A DNA stretch of 53,992 nt from Gaiellaceae bacterium (lineage in GTDB: Bacteria > Actinomycetota > Thermoleophilia > Gaiellales > Gaiellaceae), in contig DASTYQ010000054.1 of assembly GCA_035764775.1 (NCBI GenBank), forward strand, positions 1 to 53,992, read 5' to 3'. This document shows, piece by piece, positions 25,988 to 35,035 of this stretch. A model generated the notes under the pieces. It was not told the DNA's origin, ran no database searches, and saw nothing but the letters and a program-made list of their open reading frames with translations. The position numbers and the translations under genes were made by a program. Numbering within the stretch: the stretch's first letter is position 1; each line of letters starts with the position of its first letter.

Positions 25988-28900
25988 CGGTCGTCGAATC
26001 GACGTCGAGCCTGAACGAGGAACAGGTCGGCGCCGTCGAGGCGGACGGCTCGGTCTTCGTGTCCGCGGGAGCCGGAACCGGCAAGACCTCGGTTCTCGTC
26101 GAGCGGTACGTTCGAGCTGTCTGCGAGCGCGGGGTCGACGTCGAGTCGATCCTCGTGATCACGTACACGCGCAAGGCCGCAGGCGAGCTGCGGACGCGGA
26201 TCCGCGCCGCGCTCCGCGAGCGCGGGCGCCGAGACCTCGCGCGCGAGCTCGACGGGGCGTGGATCTCGACCATTCACGGCTTCTGCGGTCGCCTGCTGCG
26301 CGCCCACCCGTTCGCCGCCGGGTTGGATCCACGGTTCCGCGAGCTCGAGGATGCAGGTGCGGTCGTCCTCCGCGGGGAGGCGTTCGACCGCGCGCTCCAG
26401 GAGTTCTGCGCCGGCGGCGAGCCGGAGCGTCTGCGTCTGCTCGCGACGTATCGCGCCGACGGCCTGCGGCGGATGCTGACCGGCGTGTACGAGACGCTGC
26501 GCTCGGCTGGACGCGACCTCGTGCTCGAGCTCGGCGAGCGGCCGGACACGGCCGAGACCGTGGCAACGCTGCGGGCCGAGGCACAGGCGCTCGCCGGCGA
26601 TGCCTCGGCGACTGCAACCCAGCGCGCGAACGCAGGCGAGCTCCTCAACGTGCTCATCGGTGGAGCAGCGCCGGAGCGACTCGTCGACCTCTCGGCGTTT
26701 GCGAGCAAGGGCGCGCGTGCCGCATCGTTCGAGCTCGCGCGCAAAGCCGCCGAGCGGGCGGCCCTCGAAGAGCTCGCGGCGCACGACCGGGAGCTCCTCC
26801 AGGAGCTGCTCGAGCGCTTCGGCGTCGCCTACGCGGCGGCCAAGCGGAGCGAGTCGGTCGTCGACTTCGAGGATCTCCAGCTCGCTGCGCGCGATCTGCT
26901 GCGCGACGACGCCGCCGTCCGCGAGGCGACGCAGCTCCGCTTCCGCATGGTCATGGTCGACGAGTTCCAGGACACGAACCGCCTCCAGTGCGAGCTGATC
27001 GACCTCGTGGCGCACCCCGAGCTCACCGAGGTCTTCACTGTCGGGGACGAGTTCCAGTCCATCTACGGGTTCCGTCATGCCGACCTCGAGGTCTTCCGTG
27101 AACGGCGCGCGCAGGCGCCGAGCCTCCTGGCCTTGAGGCGCAACTACCGTTCGCGACCGCAGGTGCTCGCCGCCATCAACCACCTCTTCGGCGACGCGTT
27201 CGGTGACGACTACCAGCCGCTCGCCGCCTCGGCCGAGTTCCCCGATCCGGTCTTCGGACATCCCGTCGAGCTTCTGGTCACCGACAAGTCGAGCTACGCC
27301 GGGACGGCCGAGCACTGGCGCACCGGTGAGGCGCGCCGGATCGCCGCCCGTGTCCGCGAGCTCGTCGACTCGGGTGAGGCCGATCCGAGCGAGATCGTGG
27401 TGCTCTTCGCCGCCGGTACCGACGCCGAGCGCTACGAGGAGGCGCTTCGACGCGAGGGTCTGCCGACGTACCGGGCGACCGGCCGCGGGTACTTCGGCCA
27501 GCAGCAGGTCGTCGACCTGCTCGCGTATCTGCGCCTCCTGCACAACCGCTACGACGACGTGGCGCTGGCGACCGTCCTCGCCTCGCCGTTCGTGGGCGTC
27601 TCGAACGACGCCCTCGTGCTGATGCGGCGAAACGCACTGCGCCGCCCGCTGTTCACGGCGCTCGAACGCGCGCTCCCGGAGCATCTCGCCGAGACCGACG
27701 AGCGCCTGCTCCGAGCCTTCCTCCAGCGGTACGAGCGCCTCGTGCGGGCCTCGAGCCGCATCGGGCTCGAGGAGCTCTGCGAGTGGATCGTCACCGAGCA
27801 CGACTACGACCTCGCGGTGCTCGCGCGCTGGGACGGCGCCCGTCGGTTCGCGAACATGCGCAAGCTCGGCCGGCTCGCACGCGACTACGAGGCCGTTCGT
27901 GGGTCCGACATCGAGGGATTCGTGCGTTTCGTCCGTGAACAGGATGCGCTCGGTGCGAAGGAGCTCGAGGCAGTCGCCGAGGAGGAGGGAGGCGGCGCGG
28001 TTCGGCTGCTGACCATCCACGCCGCGAAGGGTCTCGAGTTCAAGGTCGTCATCGTCGCCGATGCCGGGCGCGACACTGGCGGGCCACGCGGAATGGACGA
28101 GATCGTCGCGCTCTCCGACGGACGCTTCGGGTTCCGCATGGTGCATCCCACACGCGGCGACCGTCAGCCGGTCTTCGGCTTCGAGGAGGTCCGCGACGCC
28201 GAGCGCGACCAGGAGCGAGCCGAGCGACTTCGCCTCTACTACGTCGCGATGACGCGCGCGATCGACCGCCTCATCGTGTCGGGAGCGATCGATCCCGCGC
28301 GCACGGCGGACCGCTCGACGCCGATCGGTTGGGTCCTCGACCGCCTCGATGCTCACGAGACGGTCGTGGAGGCAGACGAGACGCCCGCCGAGCTCGACTG
28401 CGACGACGCGCGGTTCGTGCTGACCGTGAACAGGTTCGTTCCCGAGCCCGCGCCGGCGGTGGAGATCGAGCCCGCGACCGCTGTGGACGACGAGCTGCAG
28501 CTCGCGCTGTTCGACGAGTTGCCCCCCGGCCGGCAGCGTCTCGGGATCGAATTGCCTGCGCTGGCCGAGATTCCCGTGCCGAGCGCGCACGACGTGCGGC
28601 GGCTGTCGTACAGCGCGCTCGCCCTGTTCCAGCGGTGCTCGTATCGCTACTTCGCCGAGCGTGTGCTTGGCCTGCCGTTCGGCGAACGAGTCGCGAGCGG
28701 AGAGTCCGGAGGCGGTCTCGCGGGGACGGAGATCGGCGACGCCGTGCACCGGCTCCTCGAGCTCGTGCCGCTCGACGAGCCGGCCGTGCCGCCCCGTGCG
28801 GAGCTCGAGCAGGCCGTCCGCGACTGGTACCCGGACGTGACTGCCGAAGAGCTCGATCGGATCGCCGCGATGGTCGATGCGTACTGCCGCTCCGACCTCG

Positions 28901-29361
28901 CGCGGCGCATCGCGAGTCTGCGCGGCGCTCGCCCGGAGCGTCCCTTCGTCTTCGAGCACGACGGCGTCCTCATTCGCGGACGTCTCGACGTCCTCTGGCG
29001 CGAGGGAGGCCGCGCGGTCGTGGTCGACTACAAGTCGAACGCCCTCGAAGGACGATCGCCTGCCGAGATCATCGAGGCCGAGTACTCGCTGCAGCGGCTC
29101 GTCTACGCGCTCGTGTGCCTCCGCGCCGGAGCAGACGAGGTCGAGGTCGCCTACCAGTTCCTCGAGCGTCCCGACGACGTCGCAGCGACGACGTTCACTG
29201 CGGATGACATGCCCGCGCTCGAGAGCGGCCTCTCCTCGGCGATCGGGCGCATTCGAGAAGGCGACTTCAGGCCGACGCCGAGCGAGTTCGCGTGCTCGGA
29301 CTGCCCCGCGCTGGATCTGCTCTGCGCCGGGCCGCGTCTCGCGCTTTCCACTGCTATCTAG
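25984..29361 (+). CDS. addA: AddA-type UvrD/Rep helicase-nuclease subunit
   Basis: 1125 aa. SAGAGTGKTSVL, MVMVDEFQDTN, TIHAAKGLEF. C-terminal RecB-type nuclease GRLDVLWREGGRAVVVDYKSN, plus QRCSYRY...CSDCPALDLLC (nt 29293-29325). Confidence 0.9.
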   Translation: MTVVESTSSLNEEQVGAVEADGSVFVSAGAGTGKTSVLVERYVRAVCERGVDVESILVITYTRKAAGELRTRIRAALRERGRRDLARELDGAWISTIHGFCGRLLRAHPFAAGLDPRFRELEDAGAVVLRGEAFDRALQEFCAGGEPERLRLLATYRADGLRRMLTGVYETLRSAGRDLVLELGERPDTAETVATLRAEAQALAGDASATATQRANAGELLNVLIGGAAPERLVDLSAFASKGARAASFELARKAAERAALEELAAHDRELLQELLERFGVAYAAAKRSESVVDFEDLQLAARDLLRDDAAVREATQLRFRMVMVDEFQDTNRLQCELIDLVAHPELTEVFTVGDEFQSIYGFRHADLEVFRERRAQAPSLLALRRNYRSRPQVLAAINHLFGDAFGDDYQPLAASAEFPDPVFGHPVELLVTDKSSYAGTAEHWRTGEARRIAARVRELVDSGEADPSEIVVLFAAGTDAERYEEALRREGLPTYRATGRGYFGQQQVVDLLAYLRLLHNRYDDVALATVLASPFVGVSNDALVLMRRNALRRPLFTALERALPEHLAETDERLLRAFLQRYERLVRASSRIGLEELCEWIVTEHDYDLAVLARWDGARRFANMRKLGRLARDYEAVRGSDIEGFVRFVREQDALGAKELEAVAEEEGGGAVRLLTIHAAKGLEFKVVIVADAGRDTGGPRGMDEIVALSDGRFGFRMVHPTRGDRQPVFGFEEVRDAERDQERAERLRLYYVAMTRAIDRLIVSGAIDPARTADRSTPIGWVLDRLDAHETVVEADETPAELDCDDARFVLTVNRFVPEPAPAVEIEPATAVDDELQLALFDELPPGRQRLGIELPALAEIPVPSAHDVRRLSYSALALFQRCSYRYFAERVLGLPFGERVASGESGGGLAGTEIGDAVHRLLELVPLDEPAVPPRAELEQAVRDWYPDVTAEELDRIAAMVDAYCRSDLARRIASLRGARPERPFVFEHDGVLIRGRLDVLWREGGRAVVVDYKSNALEGRSPAEIIEAEYSLQRLVYALVCLRAGADEVEVAYQFLERPDDVAATTFTADDMPALESGLSSAIGRIREGDFRPTPSEFACSDCPALDLLCAGPRLALSTAI

Positions 29362-29370
29362 AGTCGCGCC

Positions 29371-30087
29371 GTGCGCATTGCCGCGATCAGCGACATCCAC
29401 GGGAATCTCCCGGCGCTGGAGGCCGTCCTCGCGGAAATCGAACAGGAGGACGTCGACGAGATCGTCGTTGCCGGCGACACCGCGCATGGACCGTGGCCGG
29501 CCGAGGTGCTCGACCTTCTCGTCGAGCGTGGCGCCCGGAACGTTCGCGGAAACGCCGATCGCGAGGTCATCGAGCGAAGCGACCGGTTCGGCCCGCTCGC
29601 TCACTGGAGTGCAGATCGCCTCGGCGAACGGCGGCTCGACGTCGCCCGGAGCTGGCCGCTGACGCTCGAGCTGTCGATCGCGGGCCTCGGGTCGGTGCTC
29701 GTATGCCACTCGACCCCGACCTCCGACGATCCTATCTACACGCGCATCACGCCCGATGCGGAGCTGGCGGCGATGTTCGAGTCCGTCGACGCAGACGTCG
29801 TCGTCTGCGGTCACACGCACATGCAGTACGAGCGCACGCTCGGCTCGGGACTGCGGATCGTGAACCCCGGCAGCGTCGGCTTGCCCTACGAAGGAGCGCG
29901 CGGTGCGTACTGGGCGCTGCTCGGCCCGGACGTCGAGTTCCGGCGCACCGAGTACGACGTCGAGGCGACCGTCGCTGCCATCGAGGTGATGCGCGTCCCG
30001 GTCGACGGCCGCCTGCTCGAGCAGCTGGTGGAGCCACCCGATTCCGAGAGCACCACCGAGTACTTCGAGTCGATGCGTGGCACGTAG
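29371..30087 (+). CDS. Metallophosphoesterase (YfcE/MJ0936-like)
   Basis: MRIAAISDIHGN...VVAGDT...VCGHTHMQ...NPGSVG. Confidence 0.88.
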   Translation: MRIAAISDIHGNLPALEAVLAEIEQEDVDEIVVAGDTAHGPWPAEVLDLLVERGARNVRGNADREVIERSDRFGPLAHWSADRLGERRLDVARSWPLTLELSIAGLGSVLVCHSTPTSDDPIYTRITPDAELAAMFESVDADVVVCGHTHMQYERTLGSGLRIVNPGSVGLPYEGARGAYWALLGPDVEFRRTEYDVEATVAAIEVMRVPVDGRLLEQLVEPPDSESTTEYFESMRGT

Positions 30088-30751
30088 CTACGTTCGCGAG
30101 GCGCAGCGCGGTCTCGGCCGGCGACGCGAGCGGATCGTCCCGATCATCGAGCGGCTCGCAGCCGAGCACGAAGATGCGGAGATCGCGCTGCGATTCCGCA
30201 GCGATCTGGAGTTGCTCGTATCCGTGATGCTCTCCGCGCAGACGACCGACGTGAACGTGAACAGGGTGACCCCGCGACTGTTCGAGAAGTACCGGAAGCC
30301 GCAGGACTATCTCGCCGTTCCGGTGGAGGAGCTCGAGCGGGACATCTACGCCACGGGTTTCTTCCGCCAGAAGGCGAAGGCGATTCGCGGCACGATGGCC
30401 ATGCTGATCGAGGAGTTCGACGGGGAGGTGCCGCGGCGTCTCGAGGACCTCGTGCGCCTGCCGGGCGTCGCGCGCAAAACGGCGAACGTCGTCTCCGCCG
30501 AGCTCGGCCACGCGCAGGGCATCGTCGTCGACACCCACGTCCGCCGGCTGTCTCAGCGGCTCGGGCTGACGCGCAACGACGACCCTGTGAAGATCGAACG
30601 TGACCTCCAGCGCGTCGTCCCGCGTCCCGATTGGGCTCGATTCCCACACCTGTTGATCTGGCACGGGCGTCGCGTGTGCGACGCACGGCGTCCGCTGTGC
30701 GAGGAGTGCGTGCTCGAGGACTTGTGCCCCTCTTCGCGCCTAAGACGGTGA
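30077..30751 (+). CDS. nth: Endonuclease III
   Basis: LVSVMLSAQTTDVNVN, HhH motif LPGVARKTANVV, and Fe-S motif CDARRPLCEECVLEDLC. Confidence 0.93.
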   Translation: MARSYVREAQRGLGRRRERIVPIIERLAAEHEDAEIALRFRSDLELLVSVMLSAQTTDVNVNRVTPRLFEKYRKPQDYLAVPVEELERDIYATGFFRQKAKAIRGTMAMLIEEFDGEVPRRLEDLVRLPGVARKTANVVSAELGHAQGIVVDTHVRRLSQRLGLTRNDDPVKIERDLQRVVPRPDWARFPHLLIWHGRRVCDARRPLCEECVLEDLCPSSRLRR

Positions 30752-30808
30752 CGGAGAGCGTCTGCCGACGCGACTCCGCCCTGGCAGGGCAGGGTCTTCG
30801 ACTCACGC

Positions 30809-30838
30809 GATCGGGATCTGCGCTCGCAGATCCCGATC
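30809..30838. terminator. 13-bp stem hairpin between convergent nth and corA
   Basis: GATCGGGATCTGC-gctc-GCAGATCCCGATC. No U-tract. Confidence 0.45.
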
Positions 30839-30848
30839 TGCGGATAGG

Positions 30849-31745
30849 TCAGATCCACCTGCGCCAGCGAAAGAGCGCGAGCTGGACGAACGTCGAGGCG
30901 ACGATGAGCGCCACGGACACACCGATCGTCCAGAACTGGCGATCGAAGACGCCCTCGAAGTTCTGTCCGTAGAAGCCTACGATCAGCGACGGCACCAGCA
31001 CGAGCGAGGCGATCACCGTGAGCTTCTTCGCCACCTCGTTCTGGTTCTCGGCGACCTTCGACTGCAAATGGTCTCGAACCCCGGCGAGGAGGTCTCGCGC
31101 GACGTCGAGCTCCTCGGTCACGCGGACGAGCGTGTCGTAGGTGTCTCCGAAGAGCCGCTCCACCTCGGTCGGGAACAGCGCGTGCTCCCCGACGTCGATG
31201 CGGCCGTCCAGCACGCGGCGTGCAACGGATCTCATTCCCGAGACGGTGCGTCGCCGGTGGAGCAGCATGTGGCGAAGCCCGGCCAGCCGGAGCCGGACCT
31301 CGGCCGGCCGGAGGTCGTCGATCTCGTCCTCGAGAGCATCGATCTCGGCGTAGACGGCGTCGAGGACGTCGAGGTACGTGTCCGCGACGTCGTCCACGAG
31401 CCGATGGACGAGGATCCCGACCGAAACCGTCTCGGAGGCGGTGCGGAGCGCGGCCATGTCGTACTCGACGTCGCCGGCCGGCGCCTTCCGAACGGTCACC
31501 AGTCGATCCGGCGTCGCCACGAAGTCGATCTCCTGGTACGCGAGCCGGGAAACGCTGACGGTCGACATGACGACCAGCACCCCGAAGACGTACGAGCCGT
31601 GACCCTCGATCACCGGGTGTGGATCGCGGTCGGCCTCGGGCGTCGCGAGAAGCTCTTCGACGACGTCCGGATCGACGCCGTGAGGCAGTGCCGCATCGAG
31701 CTCCTGCCTGGACGGGTCGACGAGGTCGAGCCAGCGCGCGCTCAC
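30849..31745 (-). CDS. corA: CorA-family divalent cation transporter with a GQN signature instead of GMN
   Basis: Two C-terminal TM helices flank VGFYGQNFEG. The GQN codons are at 30960-30968. Confidence 0.85.
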   Translation of the reverse strand: MSARWLDLVDPSRQELDAALPHGVDPDVVEELLATPEADRDPHPVIEGHGSYVFGVLVVMSTVSVSRLAYQEIDFVATPDRLVTVRKAPAGDVEYDMAALRTASETVSVGILVHRLVDDVADTYLDVLDAVYAEIDALEDEIDDLRPAEVRLRLAGLRHMLLHRRRTVSGMRSVARRVLDGRIDVGEHALFPTEVERLFGDTYDTLVRVTEELDVARDLLAGVRDHLQSKVAENQNEVAKKLTVIASLVLVPSLIVGFYGQNFEGVFDRQFWTIGVSVALIVASTFVQLALFRWRRWI

Positions 31746-31753
31746 GCCGCCTG

Positions 31754-31759
31754 AGGGTA
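31754..31759 (-). promoter_or_regulatory. Candidate -10 box TACCCT, 8 nt upstream of GTG 31745 of corA (leaderless)
   Basis: Minus strand reads TACCCT-caggcggc-GTG. Confidence 0.4.
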
Positions 31760-31784
31760 GAGACCTGTTCGGTCGGAGAAGGCC

Positions 31785-32747
31785 CTACGCGTGGGCTGCC
31801 GCAACCTCGGGTGAATGGCGCTGCTCCTCGAGCCAGCGCTGCGCGTCGAGGGCGGCCATCGTGCCCGAGCCGGCGGCCGTCACGGCCTGCCGGTACGTGT
31901 GGTCCTGGACGTCTCCCGCTGCGAAGACACCGGGGATGTTCGTGTGCGTCGAGCGTGGCTCCGTGACGAGGTACCCGGCCTCGTCGTGGTCGAGCCAGTC
32001 GAGGAAGAGCGACGTGTTCGGGTCGTGGCCGACTGCGACGAAGAGGCCGTCCGCCTCGATCTCTCTCGTCTCGCCGGTCACCGTGTCGCGGAGCCGGAGT
32101 CCGGTGACGTGACCGTTTCCTTCGCCCAGCACGTCGTCGACCTCGGCGTTCAGGACGAACTCGACCTTGTCGTTCGAGCGAGCGCGGTCGACCATGATCG
32201 GCGAAGCGCGGAACTCGTCGCGCCGGTGGACGATCACGACCTTGCTCGCGAACCTGGTCAGGAAGGTCGCCTCCTCCATCGCCGAGTCGCCTCCGCCGAC
32301 GACCACGACGACCTTGTCCCGGAAGAAGGCTCCGTCACAGGTCGCGCAGTAGGAGACGCCACGTCCCTGGAGCGTCTGCTCCGAGGGGAGACCGAGCTGC
32401 CGGGCGCTCGCGCCGGTGGCGACGATCACCGAGTCCGCGCGATGCTCGTCACCACCGACGTAGACCCTGAACGGCCGCTCCGAGAAGTCCACGCGCGTGA
32501 CGTCGTCGGTGATGAACTCCGCGCCGAAGCGTTCGGCCTGGCGCCGGAAGTCGGCCATCATCGTCGGCCCCATGATCCCGTCCGCGTACCCCGGGTAGTT
32601 CTCGACGTCGCTCGTGATCATGAGCTGGCCGCCCCAGTTGAAGCCCTCGATGACGAGCGGGTGGAGGTTCGCGCGCGCCGTGTAGAGGGCGGCCGTATAG
32701 CCGGCGGGGCCACCGCCGATGATGATCACGTCACGAACGTCGCTCAC
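31785..32747 (-). CDS. trxB: Thioredoxin-disulfide reductase
   Basis: [20 protein letters not shown] and redox motif CATCDG. GAGGAGG SD. Confidence 0.95.
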   Translation of the reverse strand: MSDVRDVIIIGGGPAGYTAALYTARANLHPLVIEGFNWGGQLMITSDVENYPGYADGIMGPTMMADFRRQAERFGAEFITDDVTRVDFSERPFRVYVGGDEHRADSVIVATGASARQLGLPSEQTLQGRGVSYCATCDGAFFRDKVVVVVGGGDSAMEEATFLTRFASKVVIVHRRDEFRASPIMVDRARSNDKVEFVLNAEVDDVLGEGNGHVTGLRLRDTVTGETREIEADGLFVAVGHDPNTSLFLDWLDHDEAGYLVTEPRSTHTNIPGVFAAGDVQDHTYRQAVTAAGSGTMAALDAQRWLEEQRHSPEVAAAHA

Positions 32748-32828
32748 ATTGCCTCCTCATGCAGAGCGTAGCCCGGCTTGCGGGCCACCGACGATGGAGA
32801 ACGTATCGATGATCTTCGATGTTCCCGC

Positions 32829-34052
32829 TCACGCGGCGTCGATACCTGCCACCGCGCCGAGCGCAGGCTGCTCGGCCGCCTCGGCGACGAGCTCGGCGGC
32901 GGCCAACGAACGGGGTTGCCGCTCGATCGGTTGGAGCTCGGGCGGCTCGATGCCGGCAATCCCGTGCTGCTCGAATCGCCGTGCCTGCGGAAGGACCTGC
33001 CGCTCGAGCGAGCCGACGGTCTGGTTGTACGCATCCACCGCTCCGCCGAGGCTGCGACCGAGCTTCGCGAAGTGTGCTCCCATCGTCGAGAGGCGCTTGT
33101 AGAGCTCCCGTCCGAGATCGGAGACCTCGCGCGCGCTCTCCGCGATGGTCTCCTGCTGCCACGTGATCGCGACCGTGCGAAGGAGCACCATGAGCGTGCT
33201 CGGCGACGCGAGGATCACGTTCGAGCTCCAGGCGTACTCCTGGAGCGACGGATCGTGCTCGTGCGCGGCACGGAGGTACGACTCGTCCGGGAGGAACATG
33301 ACGACGAAGTCCGGCGACGGGTCGAACTGGCGCCAGTACCCCTTCGCAGAGAGCTTCCCGACGTGATCGCGCACCTGCCGTGCGTGGTCTGCGAGCCGAA
33401 GCTGCCGCTCCGCCTCGTCGGACGTCTCGAAAGCGTCGAGGTATGCGACCAGGGGTGCCTTCGCGTCGATCACGACGTGCTTCCCTCCCGGGACCCGTAC
33501 GACGAGATCCGGGCGTAGCGTGCCTTCGTCCGTCGCGGTCGTCGCCTGCGACACGTAGTCGCAGTGCTCGACCATGCCCGCGAACTCGACGACGTTTCGG
33601 AGCTGAGCCTCTCCCCAACGCCCTCGAACGTGCGGCGTCCGCAAGGCGTTGGTGAGGCTGCCCGCGCGCTCCGCGAGGGTGGAGACCTGCGTCTGCAAGG
33701 CACCGTACGACTCCTGGCGCACGCGCTCCACCGTCTGGAGTTGTCGATCCATCCGCTCCAGTGAGTCCCTGAGCGGCTTCACGTGTCCGCTGAGGTGGGT
33801 CTCGGCGAGCTCGAGGAAGCGCGAGCTGTTCGCGTCGAGTGCCTCGCTCGAGAGCGCCTTGATCGCCGTCTCGAGCCGCGTGTCGGCGGATTCGCGCTCG
33901 ACGCGGAGCTCCGCCTCGGCGGTCGCGAGCGTTCGCTCGAGCTCGATGACTTCCTGCACGCGCCGGCGGCGCTCGACGAGCGCAGGTCGCACGGCGACGA
34001 GGACGGCGAGGCCGCCGAGCGCGAGCCCGATGAGCAATGCCGCGATGACCAT
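32829..34052 (-). CDS. rmuC: DNA recombination protein RmuC
   Basis: N-terminal TM plus coiled coil. RGRWGEAQLRNVVEFAGM...DAKAPL...VMFLPDES. Confidence 0.9.
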   Translation of the reverse strand: MVIAALLIGLALGGLAVLVAVRPALVERRRRVQEVIELERTLATAEAELRVERESADTRLETAIKALSSEALDANSSRFLELAETHLSGHVKPLRDSLERMDRQLQTVERVRQESYGALQTQVSTLAERAGSLTNALRTPHVRGRWGEAQLRNVVEFAGMVEHCDYVSQATTATDEGTLRPDLVVRVPGGKHVVIDAKAPLVAYLDAFETSDEAERQLRLADHARQVRDHVGKLSAKGYWRQFDPSPDFVVMFLPDESYLRAAHEHDPSLQEYAWSSNVILASPSTLMVLLRTVAITWQQETIAESAREVSDLGRELYKRLSTMGAHFAKLGRSLGGAVDAYNQTVGSLERQVLPQARRFEQHGIAGIEPPELQPIERQPRSLAAAELVAEAAEQPALGAVAGIDAA

Positions 34053-34141
34053 TGAGCCGACTCACGGTAATCCGGTCGGCGGACGGCGGTGCATACGCAA
34101 CCCGGACTGAACCCGAGCCGCTGCTACCCTCCTCGCCCGGC

Positions 34142-34813
34142 ATGGCCGACAAACCCCGCGTGAGAGCGCCCAAGCAGCGCGCAGTAACCGCCGACGAGAG
34201 CGCTCGTCGCCGCAAGACCATGGCGCTCGTCGCCGGGATCGCCGGGGTCGTGCTCGGGTTCGTCGTGGTTGCGGCTGCCCTCGGCATGTTCAGCGGCGAA
34301 GCCGGCACGACGGACACGGCGGGCCTGCGAACGGCGCTCGAGAATGGAGGGTGCACGTTGAAGGTGGCGCCTGCGCTCGAGGGTGCCCACTCGATCACGG
34401 ACCCGGGCGCCGTGTCCCCGAAGTGGAATACCGATCCGCCCACGAGCGGGCCGCACTACGCGGTCGCGGGAATCTTCGGAATCTACGAGGACGAGCTGGA
34501 GCTGGCGCGCGTCGTCCACGACCTCGAGCACGGCGGTATCTACATCCTGTACGGGAAGGACGTCCCCGAGTCGACGGTCGACCAGCTACGCAGCTTCTAC
34601 GAGGATCACAAGACCGGCACGATCATGGCGCCGCTCGACCGGCTCGGCGACAAGTTCGCCCTCGGCGCCTGGGTCGTCGACGGCGACACCGACAGCGGCT
34701 TCCTCGCGACGTGCGCGCAGTTCGACGAGAACGCGCTTTCGACGTTCTTCCGCTCGCTTCAGTACCGCGGCCCCGAGCGCTTCGACCCGAGTCAGCTCCA
34801 GCCCGGCCACTAG
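34142..34813 (+). CDS. DUF3105-like membrane-anchored protein
   Basis: Basic N-terminus, TM segment MALVAGIAGVVLGFVVVAAAL, then PPTSGPHY...VVHDLEHGGIYILYG. ORF trimmed to ATG 34142. Confidence 0.72.
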   Translation: MADKPRVRAPKQRAVTADESARRRKTMALVAGIAGVVLGFVVVAAALGMFSGEAGTTDTAGLRTALENGGCTLKVAPALEGAHSITDPGAVSPKWNTDPPTSGPHYAVAGIFGIYEDELELARVVHDLEHGGIYILYGKDVPESTVDQLRSFYEDHKTGTIMAPLDRLGDKFALGAWVVDGDTDSGFLATCAQFDENALSTFFRSLQYRGPERFDPSQLQPGH

Positions 34814-34820
34814 CCGGGCG

Positions 34821-34826
34821 TAGACT
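34821..34826 (+). promoter_or_regulatory. Candidate -10 box TAGACT, 7 nt upstream of the tRNA-Leu 5' end
   Basis: TAGACT-ccgcccc-GCCGGGG... Confidence 0.4.
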
Positions 34827-34833
34827 CCGCCCC

Positions 34834-34920
34834 GCCGGGGTGGCGGAACAGGTGAGACGCGCCCGCCTTAAAAGCGGGTGTCCCTAAGGGGGCGTGCGGG
34901 TTCGAGTCCCGCCCCCGGCA
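34834..34920 (+). tRNA. tRNA-Leu (anticodon UAA), long variable arm, no encoded CCA
   Basis: Acceptor GCCGGGG/CCCCGGC. Anticodon stem CCCGC/GCGGG with loop CTTAAAA. Variable arm TGTCCCTAAGGGGGCGT. T-arm GCGGG-TTCGAGT-CCCGC. Confidence 0.92.
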
Positions 34921-34935
34921 CAGCTCTTTTCGCAA

Positions 34936-34965
34936 GATCGGAATCTCCGACCGGAGATTCCGATC
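34936..34965. terminator. 13-bp stem hairpin after tRNA-Leu
   Basis: GATCGGAATCTCC-gacc-GGAGATTCCGATC, preceded by a TTTT run. No 3' U-tract. Confidence 0.4.
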
Positions 34966-35020
34966 GCGAACGTCAACGACGCTCGCGGCCTCGTTCCGGT
35001 GGTTCCTGCAGTCCCGCCGC

Positions 35021-35026
35021 TAGACT
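35021..35026 (+). promoter_or_regulatory. Candidate -10 box TAGACT, 9 nt upstream of GTG 35036 of gdh (leaderless or near-leaderless)
   Basis: TAGACT-ccgcgcgcc-GTG. No SD present. Confidence 0.4.
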
Positions 35027-35035
35027 CCGCGCGCC

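Noticed and set aside
22748-29820. Very long antisense ORFs (1056 aa at 22748-25918 and 1332 aa at 25822-29820) opposite addB and addA
   Set aside because: Their translations are Arg/Ala/Pro/Gly-rich low-complexity sequence with no motifs. The plus-strand frames carry complete AddB and AddA motif sets. Long shadow ORFs are expected in very GC-rich DNA because stop codons are rare.
34053-34141. TACCGT and TACCCT boxes 11 nt upstream of the rmuC and DUF3105 starts, as further leaderless promoters
   Set aside because: The 11-nt spacing is too long for a strictly leaderless start. They may be promoters with 4-5 nt leaders, but the support is weaker than for the N6-N9 cases, so I did not list them.
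34821-35030. A 10-bp direct repeat, TAGACTCCGC, exactly 200 bp apart and flanking tRNA-Leu; considered as an att-like duplication
   Set aside because: The same TAGACTC box occurs upstream of three other genes at promoter distance. The two copies here are better explained as -10 elements for tRNA-Leu and gdh. No integrase or foreign DNA lies between them.
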